From NCBI GenBank assembly GCA_027068675.1, contig JAMOMH010000067.1, positions 1 to 37,254 of the forward strand: 37,254 nucleotides of DNA, given 5' to 3'. The translations under genes were made by a program, and so were the position numbers. The notes below the pieces were generated by a model that was not told the origin of the DNA, made no database searches, and worked only from the letters and a program-made list of their open reading frames with translations. The stretch comes from Sedimenticola sp. GTDB lineage: Bacteria; Pseudomonadota; Gammaproteobacteria; Chromatiales; Chromatiaceae. Below, one piece after another: positions 34,621-37,254 of this stretch (the first letter of the stretch is position 1; each line of letters begins with the position of its first letter).

Positions 34621-35285
34621 TAGTTAAGTCCTTTTTTCAACGGTACAAAGATGACTGATTCTAGTCGCGTCTGCTCGAAACCATGGGGTGTGCGAATAAT
34701 TTGTAGTAGCTCTTGATCTCTATCGCTGCCAGTCGGCAGAATCATTCGCCCACCAATCGCCAATTGCTCTAGCAATGGCTGAGGAATCTCCTCAGGTGCA
34801 GCGGTCACCATAATGCCATCAAACGGCGCATATTCAGGCAAGCCCATACCACCATCACTGTACTTTAGACGTGCATTACGCAACTGCAACTCCTGCATTC
34901 TTGTGCGAGCCTGCTTGTGTAACAGTTCGATTCGTTCAACGCTATAGACTCGCCGTACCAGCTGCGCCAGGATGGCACATTGATAACCCGATCCTGTGCC
35001 AACCTCAAGCACACTATCTAATGGACCAGCAGCCAGCAACGCCTCCGTCATACGTGCAACGATATAGGGTTGTGAAATGGTCTGCCCATGACCAATAGGC
35101 AGTGCAGTATCTTCATACGCCCGACTCGCCAGCGCTTCATCAACAAAGATGTGGCGCGGTGTATTTAGCATGGCGGCCAACAGCTTGCTATTCTCTATCC
35201 CCTTTTCGCGGAGGCGCTGAATCAGCCGCTCACGAGTACGAAGTGAGGTCATGCCTATACCTTGATGGTGTGCACTCAACATCAT
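34620..35285 (-). CDS. pcm: Protein-L-isoaspartate O-methyltransferase
   Basis: [17 protein letters not shown]...[14 protein letters not shown]...[10 protein letters not shown] (SAM motif). The start is ambiguous. ATG 35285 forms an ATGA overlap with the surE stop and keeps the conserved GIGMTS segment. GTG 35297 (track) and ATG 35252 are alternatives. Confidence 0.9.
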   Translation of the reverse strand: MMLSAHHQGIGMTSLRTRERLIQRLREKGIENSKLLAAMLNTPRHIFVDEALASRAYEDTALPIGHGQTISQPYIVARMTEALLAAGPLDSVLEVGTGSGYQCAILAQLVRRVYSVERIELLHKQARTRMQELQLRNARLKYSDGGMGLPEYAPFDGIMVTAAPEEIPQPLLEQLAIGGRMILPTGSDRDQELLQIIRTPHGFEQTRLESVIFVPLKKGLN

Positions 35286-36025
35286 GCCTGCAACCACTCG
35301 GTTAATGGCTGTAACAACGAGTGACGCGTCAGATCGACCTGCAATGGCGTCACAGAGATATAACCTTCACGTACCGCATAAAAGTCAGTCCCCGGCCCTG
35401 CATCCTGTTCTGCGCCTGGCGGACCAACCCAATAGATAGTTTTTCCTCGTGGATCACTATCTTTGATTACCGGTTCCGCTTTATGCCGATTGCCAAGCCG
35501 AGTCGATTGGTACCCCTTCAGCTCGTCATAAGGTAGATCTGGCACATTGATATTGAGGATCACATCAGGGCTTAGTGGCTGCTTGCAGAGCCGCTCAACT
35601 ATCTCTTTAGCGACTCTTGCACCCGTCACAAAATAGTTTGGATCATGGGCGTTCATGGAGATAGCAATAGCGGGTAGACCGAGAAACCGCCCCTCAGTTG
35701 CTGCCGCTACCGTGCCTGAATAGAGCACATCATCCCCCATATTAGCTCCAGCATTGATGCCAGCTACTACCATATCCGGCTCATATTCAAGCAGACCGGT
35801 GATAGCAAGATGTACACAATCAGTCGGAGTTCCATCGACACGGATGTATCCATTGGCCATCTTTTCAGCACGAATGGGGCGGGTCAGGGTCAAGGAGTTA
35901 CTCGCAGCGCTACGATCACGCTCAGGGGCTACAACCACCACCTCAGCCATCGTAGTAAGACTCTCTGCCAGAGCCGCTAGACCAGGGGCCAGATAACCAT
36001 CATCATTGCTCAACAATATTCTCAT
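35282..36025 (-). CDS. surE: 5'/3'-nucleotidase SurE
   Basis: [15 protein letters not shown]...GTPTDCV...[22 protein letters not shown] is collinear with E. coli SurE. ATG 36025 is preferred over the track's TTG 36037. Confidence 0.93.
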   Translation of the reverse strand: MRILLSNDDGYLAPGLAALAESLTTMAEVVVVAPERDRSAASNSLTLTRPIRAEKMANGYIRVDGTPTDCVHLAITGLLEYEPDMVVAGINAGANMGDDVLYSGTVAAATEGRFLGLPAIAISMNAHDPNYFVTGARVAKEIVERLCKQPLSPDVILNINVPDLPYDELKGYQSTRLGNRHKAEPVIKDSDPRGKTIYWVGPPGAEQDAGPGTDFYAVREGYISVTPLQVDLTRHSLLQPLTEWLQA

Positions 36026-36128
36026 AGTGGGTGCCAACTATACGGGAAAAGCACCCAAGAGGCTCATGTTTGGCGCTAAAATAGCTACTATTATGATGAG
36101 ACAAAAAACCGATTAAGATAGAGTTACA

Positions 36129-36677
36129 ATGAGTAGAGATAAAAAACAGAGTGATAATAAACTTTTTCAGGATGCGATGAGCGGCATCACACCTATCAGC
36201 CAAGATAGAGCCGCTCCCTTCCATAGAAAAATCTCACCACACCCACAGCCCCAGTTAGATGAGCGAGATGAGTTAGAGGGTGATATTGACATCACTGAGG
36301 CTAGCGATATTAAAGCGGGAGATGTGCTGCAATTTTCTCGATCTGGCGTGCAGGATCGCCTGGCAAAAGATCTTCGCCGAGGCCGAATAGAAGTAGGTAT
36401 GGTGCTCGATCTACACGGACTGACCGTGCGTTGTGCCAAGAAGCAACTGGAGCAGTGTCTAACCGAATGCAGAGCACAAGATATCCGCTGTATTCACATC
36501 ATCCATGGCAAAGGTTTCGGCTCTGCGGCGCAACAGCCGGTGCTCAAACAGCAGCTCAATATCTGGCTGCAACAGAAAAAGAGTGTATTGGCCTTCTGTT
36601 CAGCAACCCAGCGTGATGGTGGCACCGGCGCCGTTTATGTGTTGTTACGCAATCCCAAAAAGCATGGACAAGGCTAA
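36129..36677 (+). CDS. Smr-domain protein (SmrA/YdaL-like endonuclease)
   Basis: The C-terminal Smr domain (LDLHGLTVRCAKKQLEQCL...IHIIHGKGFGS...LKQQLNIWL) matches the family pattern. Confidence 0.8.
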   Translation: MSRDKKQSDNKLFQDAMSGITPISQDRAAPFHRKISPHPQPQLDERDELEGDIDITEASDIKAGDVLQFSRSGVQDRLAKDLRRGRIEVGMVLDLHGLTVRCAKKQLEQCLTECRAQDIRCIHIIHGKGFGSAAQQPVLKQQLNIWLQQKKSVLAFCSATQRDGGTGAVYVLLRNPKKHGQG

Positions 36678-36681
36678 TCCT

Positions 36682-37254
36682 CTACTCATGGTCGGTAGCC
36701 ACCTCAACCAATAATAACTCGCGTAGCACCATCGTCGCATAACTACCCGCCGGCAAAGAGAAGGTGAGCTGTAGGTCGTCATCACCAAATTGCCAGGTGA
36801 GATCACTCACCTTTACCCGTAGAGGGCGGCGATCCTGCTTCAGCCCTTTCCACTCCAGACCATCTCGCCACTCTTCAAATGGTGCCAGCACTCTATTCTC
36901 TAATGTCTCAACTTGCTGACTACTGGAGACTCGACCACGCCCCCACATAGGTCCAGTTGGATGACAGTCTAGCGCAGCTACTCGCTGTTCAATCGTCTCA
37001 TCCACCTCATCAACAGCAAAGAGCGAATGACTCTCTTGTAGCATCATCTGGTCACCCAGCAGCACCTTGTTCCAACTTCCATCACTGATGCGGGCAGCCA
37101 ATAGTTGATTGAAGAGCTGTGAGCGGGTAGCCGAGAGGTAGAGACCTCGCAGGTGTTTGCTTAGGCGGGTGAGTTCACCACGAAAAAGCCTCCCCGCCTG
37201 GGTGAGGTTGTCATAGTCATGACCAAAGCGTTGATCACCAAAGTAGTTTGGAAC
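36682..37254 (-). CDS. truD: tRNA pseudouridine(13) synthase TruD; 5' end lies outside the window
   Basis: The frame stays open to the window edge: VPNYFGDQRFGHDYDNL...LSATRSQLFNQLLAARI...FSLPAGSYATMVLREL is collinear with the C-terminal half of E. coli TruD. Confidence 0.88.
   Translation of the reverse strand, partial: VPNYFGDQRFGHDYDNLTQAGRLFRGELTRLSKHLRGLYLSATRSQLFNQLLAARISDGSWNKVLLGDQMMLQESHSLFAVDEVDETIEQRVAALDCHPTGPMWGRGRVSSSQQVETLENRVLAPFEEWRDGLEWKGLKQDRRPLRVKVSDLTWQFGDDDLQLTFSLPAGSYATMVLRELLLVEVATDHE

Overview
This is a chromosomal segment of a gammaproteobacterium; I cannot assign a genus from sequence alone. From about 13.8 kb onward it is mostly conserved housekeeping genes: hrpB, mlaA, rnt, grxD, an asparagine-synthase-type amidotransferase, ppsA, pgm, htpG-adk, crp/yhfA, glcF, rplM-rpsI, tRNA-Gln, and the stationary-phase locus truD/surE-pcm-yqaA-nlpD-rpoS. 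The left third (1-13.5 kb) looks more accessory. It holds a large secreted S8 subtilase (5' end outside the window) with a PrcB-like lipoprotein gene directly downstream. It also holds a DSF-type signalling cluster: an RpfF-like crotonase, an RpfC-like hybrid kinase and an RpfG-like REC-HD-GYP protein. That cluster carries two extra proteins built from degenerate receiver and Hpt modules, and it sits next to mobA and a Cache-HAMP-GAF-GGDEF cyclase. I found no transposase, integrase, phage, CRISPR or recognisable defence genes. Two non-genic signals stand out. One is a modular MITE-like repeat family with 5 copies, all directly 3' of genes. One copy has perfect 10-bp TIRs and a TAA target duplication, one has a perfect 24-bp palindrome, and three form the neighbouring gene's stop codon at their junction. 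The other is an orphan promoter-plus-terminator unit between glcF and rplM that looks like a roughly 95-nt sRNA with CCUCC motifs. Several ORF-track starts are probably too long; corrected starts are given for rnt, ppsA, htpG, rplM, surE, pcm, the amidotransferase and yhfA. All homology statements come from motif reading and memory of the families, not from database searches.
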